In this document: in pieces, positions 27,673-35,285 of the stretch
How positions within the stretch are numbered: position 1 is the first letter of the stretch
Layout of the letters: each line of letters begins with the position of its first letter
Assembly (NCBI GenBank): GCA_900554845.1
Contig: USIY01000001.1
Coordinates: 1-35,285, forward strand
Reading direction: 5' to 3'
Origin: an uncultured Bacteroidales bacterium
Lineage (GTDB): Bacteria > Bacteroidota > Bacteroidia > Bacteroidales > Muribaculaceae
Length of the DNA: 35,285 nucleotides
Position numbers and translations under genes: made by a program
The notes under the pieces: model-generated
Told to the model about the DNA's origin: nothing
Database searches by the model: none
Seen by the model: only the letters and a program-made list of their open reading frames with translations

Positions 27673-28377
27673 ATGTCAAAGAATATACTTTTGAAGATAT
27701 TCCTTGTCATGGGTTTGTTGTTTTCATACGGATGCGGTCAGGTCTGGGCGAAAACAGTCAAATACAATATTAAGACAACCTCAAATTTGAGCCAGACATC
27801 CGTTAGTACCGACAGCCTGTATGATCAGGAACAATTCTTCGACAATGGAGCGTTAGTGACTATCGACGAGCGTAATTCCATAACGGAGAGCCTGTTTCCC
27901 GACAAATCCATCGACTTGTCAAAATCGCACTTCACTTGGGGCGCTGAATTTGGCTCTTCAATTGATATGTCGGCCCGTAACATGTCGACATTCGATGTGG
28001 ACGTAAACCTCGGGTATAAAAACGCTTATTTCAAAGTGATAGGAGTAGGAGCCGGATTTCATCGCGGGATATCATCCGGCATAAATTTTATTCCCCTATA
28101 TTTAGTGATACGCACATCTTTTCGGAAGAAGCCATCCTTGTTTTTTCTGAACGCCCAGGCCGGTTATTCTTTCAGCCGTATTCCTGATCAGGATATGCAT
28201 GGGGATCTCATCTCTGCTTTGGGATTAGGAATAAATCTTACACAGTCCAGGCATGCCAAATCATATATTATACTTTCCGCCGTCGGACGTTATTTCGACA
28301 AGAAACATCAAGAACTGACAGGAATCGACGCATCGTCAATAATAATGGCTCGGCTGCAGATTGGCATCAACTTTTAA
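27673..28377 (+). CDS. Hypothetical exported protein, probable small outer-membrane beta-barrel
   Basis: Signal peptide, alternating Gly/aromatic strands (VNLGYK, VIGVGAGF, LNAQAGYSF, LGLGINL), C-terminal LQIGINF. Confidence 0.6.
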   Translation: MSKNILLKIFLVMGLLFSYGCGQVWAKTVKYNIKTTSNLSQTSVSTDSLYDQEQFFDNGALVTIDERNSITESLFPDKSIDLSKSHFTWGAEFGSSIDMSARNMSTFDVDVNLGYKNAYFKVIGVGAGFHRGISSGINFIPLYLVIRTSFRKKPSLFFLNAQAGYSFSRIPDQDMHGDLISALGLGINLTQSRHAKSYIILSAVGRYFDKKHQELTGIDASSIIMARLQIGINF

Positions 28378-28389
28378 CATCACACATCT

Positions 28390-30522
28390 ATGAGAAAATC
28401 ATTCATATATTCAGCCTTGACACTCATGGCATTCGCAAGTACATCACACGCCGGCGGCAACAATCCTCTGATCACCGGCACTACGGATTTATACGGCACC
28501 ATGCCGTTTTCCTCTCTGACTGCATCCGATATGGAAGAAGCAGTGTTGGAAGGAATCAAACTCCAGAATCAGGAGATCGACGCCATTGTAAATCAAAAAA
28601 GCATTCCTACTTTTGAGAATACAATCGTTGCTCTGGACCGCAGCGGAGAAGTTCTGAACCGCGCTATTCTCGCGCTCAGCAACATAGAATCAGCCAACGG
28701 CACCCGTGATATTATGGATGCAATGACGCGAGTGACTCCAGTCCTGTCAAAACATTCCACCGATATCATGCTGAATGAAGGCCTGTGGAACCGCATAAAA
28801 CAAGTCCACGAGTTAGCCGGCAAAGACACTTCCCTTTCTGCCGAGGATCGTAGACTCATCGACAAAACATATGACAGTTTTGTGATATCCGGAGCAAACC
28901 TTCAAGGTGAGGACCGTGATAAGTTTCGTAAACTTCAGGCGGAACTGTCTGATCTCAACGTTAAGTTTTCTCAAAATGTCACCAACGCGATGAAAGACCC
29001 AGAACGTCGCATGTGGCTTACCGAAGATCAGCTCGGCGGCATCCCGGCCTCTATAAAAGAGGCTTACAGATCTGCGGCCGCGGACGCACTTAAAGCTGAT
29101 AATAAACCTGATGACGGGTCTTTATATCTTGTCACAATCTATCGTCCCAGTTATTCCCCTTTCATGACATACAGCACCAACCGCGATTTACGCAAGCGGC
29201 TGTACAATCTTTACAATACAACCAACATCGAAGGACAATACGACAACACCCAGATTCTAAAGGACATCGCAAATATCCGTCTGGAGATTGCAAAGCTGAT
29301 GGGCAAGAAAAATTTCGCTGAGTACAAGCTTCAGAATACTATGGCCAAAACTCCAGAGGCCGTCATGGAATTTTTGGAGGACCTTAATAAAAATTATACC
29401 GAACCCATGCGCCGCGAGATAAATGATCTTCAGGATTATGCCCGCAAAACCGAAGGCGCGGACTTCACGTTGCAGCCTTGGGATTATTCCCATTGGTACG
29501 ACAGAATGAAAAATGACCTGTATGCCTTCAACGAAGAAGACATGAAACCTTATTTCGAACTGAACAATACCATAAAAGGGGTTCTGGGATTGGCAACTAA
29601 TCTATACGGTTACACATTCAAGGAAAACAAGAATATAGATGTGTATCATCCTGATGTCAAAGTATTTGAAGTATATGACCGGAATAAGGATCTTCTGGGT
29701 ATACTCTATGCCGATTTCTTCTATCGCGAGACAAAGCGCCCAGGCGCATGGATGACTGAATTCCGTTCCGAGTCCAAGGATGAAAAGGGTACTCGCACAG
29801 TGCCTCTCATATCAATAGTTTGCAATTTTTCAAAACCTGTCGGAAACAATCCGGTTCTGTTAAATACAGATGAAGTCAATACATTCCTTCATGAATTCGG
29901 ACACGCTTTGCATGGATTGTCAAGCCAGGCCACTTATCCTTCATTGGCCGGAACAAACGTAGATCATGACTTTGTTGAGCTTTTCTCCCAGTTCAATGAA
30001 AACTATCTGACGCGTAAGGAATTTCTCGATACATTCGCGAAACATCACAAGACCGGCAAGAAAATGCCTAAGGAATTGATAGAGAAATTAATTGCATCAT
30101 CGCAATTCGGAGCCGGCTATCAGACAATGCGCCAGCTCGGTTTCGGATATCTTGACATGGCATATCATACTATACAAGAACCCCTGCGTGCATCCGCTTC
30201 AATCAAGAATTTTGAGGAGAAGTCCCTGGATCCAGTGCGCATTTTCCCAGCAGTCGACAAAGGCATGATCTCACCGAGCTTCGCACATATTTTTGATGGC
30301 GGTTATGCAGCCGGCTACTATGGTTACAAGTGGGCGGAAGCTCTTGACGCGGACGCTTTCGCAGCGTTCAAGGAAAACGGAGTGTTCGACCGCAAGACAG
30401 CGGACAAGTTCCTGAAAATGCTCCAAAGCGGAGACACTGCGGATCCTATGACACTGTATGTTGAATTCCGTGGCAAAAAGCCGACCACTGACGCTCTCCT
30501 TGAACGCGACGGAATCAAATGA
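28390..30522 (+). CDS. M3A-family metallopeptidase (peptidyl-dipeptidase Dcp-like), exported
   Basis: Signal peptide, PTFENTI, KRPGAWM, HEFGHALH zinc motif, DFVELFSQ, GGYAAGYYGYKWAE. Confidence 0.92.
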   Translation: MRKSFIYSALTLMAFASTSHAGGNNPLITGTTDLYGTMPFSSLTASDMEEAVLEGIKLQNQEIDAIVNQKSIPTFENTIVALDRSGEVLNRAILALSNIESANGTRDIMDAMTRVTPVLSKHSTDIMLNEGLWNRIKQVHELAGKDTSLSAEDRRLIDKTYDSFVISGANLQGEDRDKFRKLQAELSDLNVKFSQNVTNAMKDPERRMWLTEDQLGGIPASIKEAYRSAAADALKADNKPDDGSLYLVTIYRPSYSPFMTYSTNRDLRKRLYNLYNTTNIEGQYDNTQILKDIANIRLEIAKLMGKKNFAEYKLQNTMAKTPEAVMEFLEDLNKNYTEPMRREINDLQDYARKTEGADFTLQPWDYSHWYDRMKNDLYAFNEEDMKPYFELNNTIKGVLGLATNLYGYTFKENKNIDVYHPDVKVFEVYDRNKDLLGILYADFFYRETKRPGAWMTEFRSESKDEKGTRTVPLISIVCNFSKPVGNNPVLLNTDEVNTFLHEFGHALHGLSSQATYPSLAGTNVDHDFVELFSQFNENYLTRKEFLDTFAKHHKTGKKMPKELIEKLIASSQFGAGYQTMRQLGFGYLDMAYHTIQEPLRASASIKNFEEKSLDPVRIFPAVDKGMISPSFAHIFDGGYAAGYYGYKWAEALDADAFAAFKENGVFDRKTADKFLKMLQSGDTADPMTLYVEFRGKKPTTDALLERDGIK

Positions 30523-30563
30523 CTCGTTTTCATAAATTAATCATACATATCACCCATATTCCA

Positions 30564-31412
30564 ATGAAAACACGAGAAGAATTGATAGACGATCTACTGA
30601 ATCTGGCTTTCGCCGAGGATATTGGCGACGGCGACCATACTACTCTGTCCACCATCCCCGCCGACGAGATGGGGCGCTCGCATCTTATCATAAAAGAAGA
30701 CGGCGTATTGGCAGGTGTGGCCATGGCCGAAAAGGTCCTGCACAAAGTGGATCCGTCCATCAAACTTGACATATTCATCACAGACGGCACGTCGGTGAAA
30801 AAAGGCGATGTCGCCTTCATAGCCGAAGGCCCGGTCCGTTCCTTGCTGATCGCAGAGCGGACAATGCTGAACATTATGCAGCGAATGAGCGGTGTTGCCA
30901 CAATGACGGCAAAATACCAAAAAGAACTGGAGGGATTGCACACCAAGGTATTGGATACCCGCAAAACGACTCCCGGTATGCGTATTCTTGAAAAAGACGC
31001 CGTCGCTATGGGCGGAGGTAAGAATCATCGTATAGGGCTGTTCGACATGATTCTGATCAAAGACAATCACATTGATTTTGCCGGAGGTATTGAAAAAGCA
31101 ATCGATCGTGCAAGAGAATATTGCGATAAGAACGGCAAGGATCTTAAGATAGAAGTTGAAGTGCGCAGTCTTGACGACATAAGACGTGTACTTGCACATG
31201 GCGGTGTGGACCGTATCATGTTCGACAATTTTACTCCAGAACTAACTCATGAGGCTGTCCAACTCGTCAATGGAGCCGCAGAGACTGAATCTTCGGGAGG
31301 CATCACATTGGAGACATTGCGTTCTTACGGCGAGGCCGGTGTGGATTTTATCTCTGTCGGAGCGCTTACTCATAGCGTAAAATCCTTGGACATGTCCTTC
31401 AAAGCAATGTAA
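30564..31412 (+). CDS. nadC: Nicotinate-nucleotide pyrophosphorylase (quinolinate phosphoribosyltransferase)
   Basis: EDIGDGDHT, DTRKTTPG, NHRIGLFDMILIKDNH, IEVEV, IMFDNF, ESSGGIT, ISVGALTHS. Start ATG 30564 preferred; 30519 is an alternative. Confidence 0.95.
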   Translation: MKTREELIDDLLNLAFAEDIGDGDHTTLSTIPADEMGRSHLIIKEDGVLAGVAMAEKVLHKVDPSIKLDIFITDGTSVKKGDVAFIAEGPVRSLLIAERTMLNIMQRMSGVATMTAKYQKELEGLHTKVLDTRKTTPGMRILEKDAVAMGGGKNHRIGLFDMILIKDNHIDFAGGIEKAIDRAREYCDKNGKDLKIEVEVRSLDDIRRVLAHGGVDRIMFDNFTPELTHEAVQLVNGAAETESSGGITLETLRSYGEAGVDFISVGALTHSVKSLDMSFKAM

Positions 31413-31427
31413 GACACTCATCTCGAC

Positions 31428-31832
31428 ATGATAGACAAGCAAAAGCAAGGCGCCTCCAACCGCGAGTGGGGCGCCTTTGCTGAAAATAAGGCCGCGGAAT
31501 ATCTCAGATCCAACGGATATATTATTCGTGAACAAAATCTGTTGCTAGGTCATATCGAGATTGATATAGTTGCGGAAAAAAACAATGAGATCATATTCAT
31601 TGAGGTGAAAGCCCGCAATGGAGAAAATGAAGATCCCGCGGAGGCCGTGGACACCAAGAAAAGAAACAAGATGATAGCGGGAGCCAACATCTATCTGAGC
31701 CACCTAAAATACGATTATTATTGGAGATTCGACATTATAACACTTACAGGGACTCCTAAATCTTATACAATTGATCACTTTCCCGACGCCTTTTATCCCC
31801 CTTGCAGAACAAGAGGCTCCAAAAGACGTTGA
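31428..31832 (+). CDS. yraN: YraN/UPF0102-family PD-(D/E)xK nuclease-like protein
   Basis: GAFAENKAAEYL..GY, EIDIVA, FIEVKAR, RFDII, DAF. Confidence 0.9.
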   Translation: MIDKQKQGASNREWGAFAENKAAEYLRSNGYIIREQNLLLGHIEIDIVAEKNNEIIFIEVKARNGENEDPAEAVDTKKRNKMIAGANIYLSHLKYDYYWRFDIITLTGTPKSYTIDHFPDAFYPPCRTRGSKRR

Positions 31833-31845
31833 TTCAATTCTGGAA

Positions 31846-32586
31846 TTATTTCCGAAACTGTGCCAATACGATTGCTGTGGCGACGGACACATTGAGGGAC
31901 TCGCCATGATTTGAGGTAGCAGGAGGTATATTCAAGCCAACGGTGACCAGTCTTCGTACCGAAGGGCTGATCCCGGTGCCTTCATTCCCCATTATAATAA
32001 AGCCTCGTGTTTGGAGATCGGTTGTAAATATATCGTCGCCATCAAGAAAAGTTCCGTATACAGGCACGTCTTTATGTTCTGTAATGACTCTCTCAAGATC
32101 ACAATAATGCACCCGTACAGCCCCGAGGGATCCCATTGTGGCCTGCACAACTTTCGGATTATAACAATCCACAGTGTCATAAGAAGCGAACACATCAAAT
32201 ATCCCAAACCAATGGCAAGTTCGGATTATAGTTCCGAGGTTTCCGGGATCACGCACCCCGTCAAGCATCAAGAATAACTTATTTTCCTCCACTTCAGGCA
32301 TTTCTATGTCCGGAATATTAAAGACCGCCATAAAAGGCGACGGTGTTGTAAATCCTGACAATCCTTTCATTTCCGAGTCACTGGCTTCATAAACCGTCTG
32401 GGCTTCGACGCGTAATTCTGATGGGACTTCTGCTCCGGGACCGATTATAAGCGCTTCCATAGAAAAATATCTTGACATATCCGTCACAGCTTTCAGCCCC
32501 TCTACTGTAAACAATCCGTGACGTCTGCGCATCTTCAGGCTTTTCAAGTTGCCGTACAGAGCATATTTTGTTCTTGATAACTTCAT
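31846..32586 (-). CDS. TrmH/SpoU-family RNA 2'-O-methyltransferase
   Basis: LDGVRDPGNLGTIIRT, NPKVVQATMGS, MGNEGTGIS, ESLNVSVA. Start moved to ATG 32586. Confidence 0.92.
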   Translation of the reverse strand: MKLSRTKYALYGNLKSLKMRRRHGLFTVEGLKAVTDMSRYFSMEALIIGPGAEVPSELRVEAQTVYEASDSEMKGLSGFTTPSPFMAVFNIPDIEMPEVEENKLFLMLDGVRDPGNLGTIIRTCHWFGIFDVFASYDTVDCYNPKVVQATMGSLGAVRVHYCDLERVITEHKDVPVYGTFLDGDDIFTTDLQTRGFIIMGNEGTGISPSVRRLVTVGLNIPPATSNHGESLNVSVATAIVLAQFRK

Positions 32587-32591
32587 GGATA

Positions 32592-32639
32592 CAAAATTAA
32601 AAATAGTTCTGCTTATTTCAAAAATATTCATTAACTTTG
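32592..32639. promoter_or_regulatory. Divergent promoters (TrmH-family / nfo)
   Basis: Minus-strand TAATTTTG (32599-32592) 5 nt before the TrmH ATG; plus-strand TCTG-N20-TAACTTTG (32608-32639). Confidence 0.75.
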
Positions 32640-32761
32640 TGGGAATAATGCGTGTCGGCCGCCCATCTGGAATACATGCCTTTTGACAAGACGGTCAACG
32701 CAACAACGGCCAAGGAGATTAATAATCGCATCCAAGCGGTTGCTCAAGAACATAAAAATAA

Positions 32762-33622
32762 ATGAAATATATAGGAGCACATGTCAGCGCGCAGGGAGGT
32801 GCACAAAACACACCTAACGCAGCCGCAAGCATCGGAGCGAAAGCTTTCGCTCTCTTCACCGGATTTAGCAACCGCTGGTCATCCAAGCGACCTACGACAA
32901 AAGCCATTGACGCTTTTAAAGAAAATTGTGAAAAAGCAGGTTTTTCTCCCGATCATATTCTACCTCACGACAACTTTCTTATAAATCTCGGCAGTCCGGA
33001 CGCCGATAAACTGGCTATGTCCCGTGAATCCTTTCTTGACGAGATGGAACGTGTGAAACTGTATGGATTGACTATGTTGAACTTTCATCCTGGATCACAT
33101 CTAAAGGCAATTTCAGAGGACGAATGTCTGGACCGTATCGCGGAAAGCATCAACATCACATTGGACAAAATCCAAGGAGTCGCGGCAATTCTCGAAACCA
33201 CAGCCGGGCAAGGATCCAACATGGGCTGGCGTTTCGAACATCTTGCGCACATCATAGATAAAGTAGAGGACAAAACACGCATAGGCGTTTGTTTAGATAC
33301 TTGCCATTCACATTCCGCCGGTTATGATCTTGCGACTCCTGAAGGCTATGAAGATACGTGGAGGCAGTTTGATGAAATCATAGGCCTCCATTATCTCAGG
33401 GCGATGCATCTCAATGACAACATGAGAACTCTCGGATCGCATATTGACCGTCATGCATGCATAGGTGAGGGTTCACTGGGACGTGCGTTTTTCTCGCGAC
33501 TGATGAAAGACTCACGTTTCGATAATATTCCCCTTATACTCGAGACTCCTGATCCTGACAGATGGAGCGAAGAGATAGCCTGGCTTTACAGTCAGACCGA
33601 ATCCGACGATATAGCCGATTAA
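32762..33622 (+). CDS. nfo: Endonuclease IV
   Basis: IGAHVS, PHDNFLINLG, NFHPGSH, LETTAGQG, CLDTCH, HLND, DRH, ILETP. Confidence 0.95.
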   Translation: MKYIGAHVSAQGGAQNTPNAAASIGAKAFALFTGFSNRWSSKRPTTKAIDAFKENCEKAGFSPDHILPHDNFLINLGSPDADKLAMSRESFLDEMERVKLYGLTMLNFHPGSHLKAISEDECLDRIAESINITLDKIQGVAAILETTAGQGSNMGWRFEHLAHIIDKVEDKTRIGVCLDTCHSHSAGYDLATPEGYEDTWRQFDEIIGLHYLRAMHLNDNMRTLGSHIDRHACIGEGSLGRAFFSRLMKDSRFDNIPLILETPDPDRWSEEIAWLYSQTESDDIAD

Positions 33623-33644
33623 TTACAACAACCTTATAAATCTT

Positions 33645-35273
33645 ATGAAACAAAAACCGGATTTAAGCTTTTGGAAACTTTGGAATCTGTCTTTCGGATT
33701 CTTCGGCGTACAGATCGCCTATGCGCTTCAGAGCGCCAATGTTTCCCGTATCTTCACCACAATCGGTGCGGATCCCCATGACTTGAGTTATTTTTGGATA
33801 CTTCCTCCGTTGATGGGTCTAATCGTACAGCCACTGGTGGGAATGTTCTCCGACCGTACTTGGAACCGCTTCGGACGTCGTCTCCCCTACCTGATTCTCG
33901 GAGCCACTATCGCAGTCTTTGTGATGTGCATGCTTCCTAATGCAGGATCTTTCCATTTCACCGTCCAAAGCGCTATTCTGTTCGGTCTCGTCGCTCTAAT
34001 GCTGCTCGACACATCGATCAACATGGCGATGCAGCCTTTCAAAATGCTTGTCGGAGACATGGTCAACGAAAAACAGAAAGGAAAAGCCTACTCAATTCAG
34101 TCATTCCTCTGCAATGCTGGATCTGTGGTGGGATTCATTCTGCCGTTTGTGTTGGTTTGGTTCGGGCTTCAAAATACAGCGCCCACCGGGCAAGTTCCCG
34201 AGACTGTAATCTGGTCTTTCTATATCGGTGCCGCAGTGCTTCTGATATGCGTGATCTACTCTTTAATTAAGATCAAAGAGTGGCCTCCTAAAGTGTATAA
34301 CGAATACAACGGCATTGTGGAGAATGCCGAGAAGAAAGAGAAAAAATCAAATCTTATTGTTTTGCTGCGTGATGCGCCTTCCACATTCTGGACAGTAGGT
34401 CTTGTTCAGTTTTTCTGCTGGTTCGCCTTCCTGTTCATGTGGACATACACCACAAATACAGTGGCTCACAATGCCTTCAACACTCCTGAGACTCAAAGTT
34501 ACCAAGGTATAGCGGTCAGCGACGCGCAATTCGACGGTAAATATCTCATAGCCAATGATACGACCATAATCATAGATCATGGCAAAAAAGTCAGTGATTT
34601 CCTTGAGACGCATGATGGATCGTTCAAACTGACCACCGCCGACATCGTGAACCGTCTTCCGGACGGTACGCTCGACATGGGCGACACACAGTCTTATACC
34701 ATTGACTCTGCCGCGGATTGCCGATATGTCACCAGCACCGTCCTCGACGCTTCAAGTCCTGAATATAATGAGGCCGGCAACTGGGTAGGCGTCCTGTATG
34801 CCATTCAGGCACTCGGATCGGTGGTATGGGCCGTAGTTCTTCCCCGCTTCCGCAGCCGTAAATTTTCTTATACTCTCAGTCTGATTCTGGGTGGTATCGG
34901 ATTCATTCTTACAGCATTCATGACCGATCCTTATCTGCTGGCCATAGCATTCGTTCTCATCGGTTGCGCATGGGCAGCTATGCTGGCATGGCCGTTCACG
35001 ATCCTTACGAACTCCTTGCATTCAGGAAATATCGGAACGTATCTCGGACTGTTCAACTGCACTATCTGCCTACCGCAGATTATCGCCGCGTTAGTGGGAG
35101 GATGGATTCTGACCCTCCTCAGCACACCCGGGCAGCTTGCTCCGGAGTATCTGATGATGATGATTGCGGGTATCTCCTTGATAATCGGATCGCTTTGTGT
35201 CGGATTCATCAAAGAAGGCGGCAAAAAAGAAGAAAAGGTACAGGAGAATCCTGTAATATCTGAAAATATATGA
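33645..35273 (+). CDS. MFS sugar transporter, SLC45/sucrose-maltose type
   Basis: LWNLSFGFFGVQ, VQPLVGMFSDRTW.RFGRRLPY, NMAMQPF, VQFFCWFAF, GTYLGLFN...PQII; about 12 TM segments. Confidence 0.88.
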   Translation: MKQKPDLSFWKLWNLSFGFFGVQIAYALQSANVSRIFTTIGADPHDLSYFWILPPLMGLIVQPLVGMFSDRTWNRFGRRLPYLILGATIAVFVMCMLPNAGSFHFTVQSAILFGLVALMLLDTSINMAMQPFKMLVGDMVNEKQKGKAYSIQSFLCNAGSVVGFILPFVLVWFGLQNTAPTGQVPETVIWSFYIGAAVLLICVIYSLIKIKEWPPKVYNEYNGIVENAEKKEKKSNLIVLLRDAPSTFWTVGLVQFFCWFAFLFMWTYTTNTVAHNAFNTPETQSYQGIAVSDAQFDGKYLIANDTTIIIDHGKKVSDFLETHDGSFKLTTADIVNRLPDGTLDMGDTQSYTIDSAADCRYVTSTVLDASSPEYNEAGNWVGVLYAIQALGSVVWAVVLPRFRSRKFSYTLSLILGGIGFILTAFMTDPYLLAIAFVLIGCAWAAMLAWPFTILTNSLHSGNIGTYLGLFNCTICLPQIIAALVGGWILTLLSTPGQLAPEYLMMMIAGISLIIGSLCVGFIKEGGKKEEKVQENPVISENI

Positions 35274-35285
35274 TATGATTAATTG

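Noticed and set aside
30594..31199. 201-aa minus-strand ORF
   Set aside because: Antisense shadow of nadC.
35275..35285. ATG right after the MFS stop codon
   Set aside because: May start the next gene, but only 11 nt are visible.

Overview
A gene-dense, mostly housekeeping window from a Bacteroidales chromosome. The evidence is the short sigma70 lacking region 1.1, TAnnTTTG -7 promoter elements, the bat operon and a DUF5686 gene; a finer assignment such as Muribaculaceae would be a guess. About 30 CDS in order: TPR-TM-AraC regulator (5' end probably outside the window), ugd, DAACS symporter, mutS2, USP, small HTH protein, a 9-gene moxR-DUF58-BatD-like-batABC-extra batD'-batDE operon, DUF5686 outer-membrane protein, CYTH, MerR-like, M23 peptidase, alaS, CPBP protease, holA, primary sigma factor, putative beta-barrel, M3 peptidase, nadC, yraN, TrmH-family methylase, nfo and an SLC45-like MFS sugar transporter. 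I saw no tRNA/rRNA, CRISPR array, transposase, integrase or defence system. Best leads: (1) a near-perfect Cur/BT4338-type palindrome upstream of a promoter for an HTH-USP-(mutS2) unit; (2) an extra, apparently unanchored BatD paralogue inside the bat operon; (3) potentially structured RNAs upstream of rpoD and nfo; (4) an MFS transporter with a ~85-aa soluble insertion; (5) a DUF5686 protein lacking its usual N-terminal domain. All family calls come from motif recognition by eye, not database searches.
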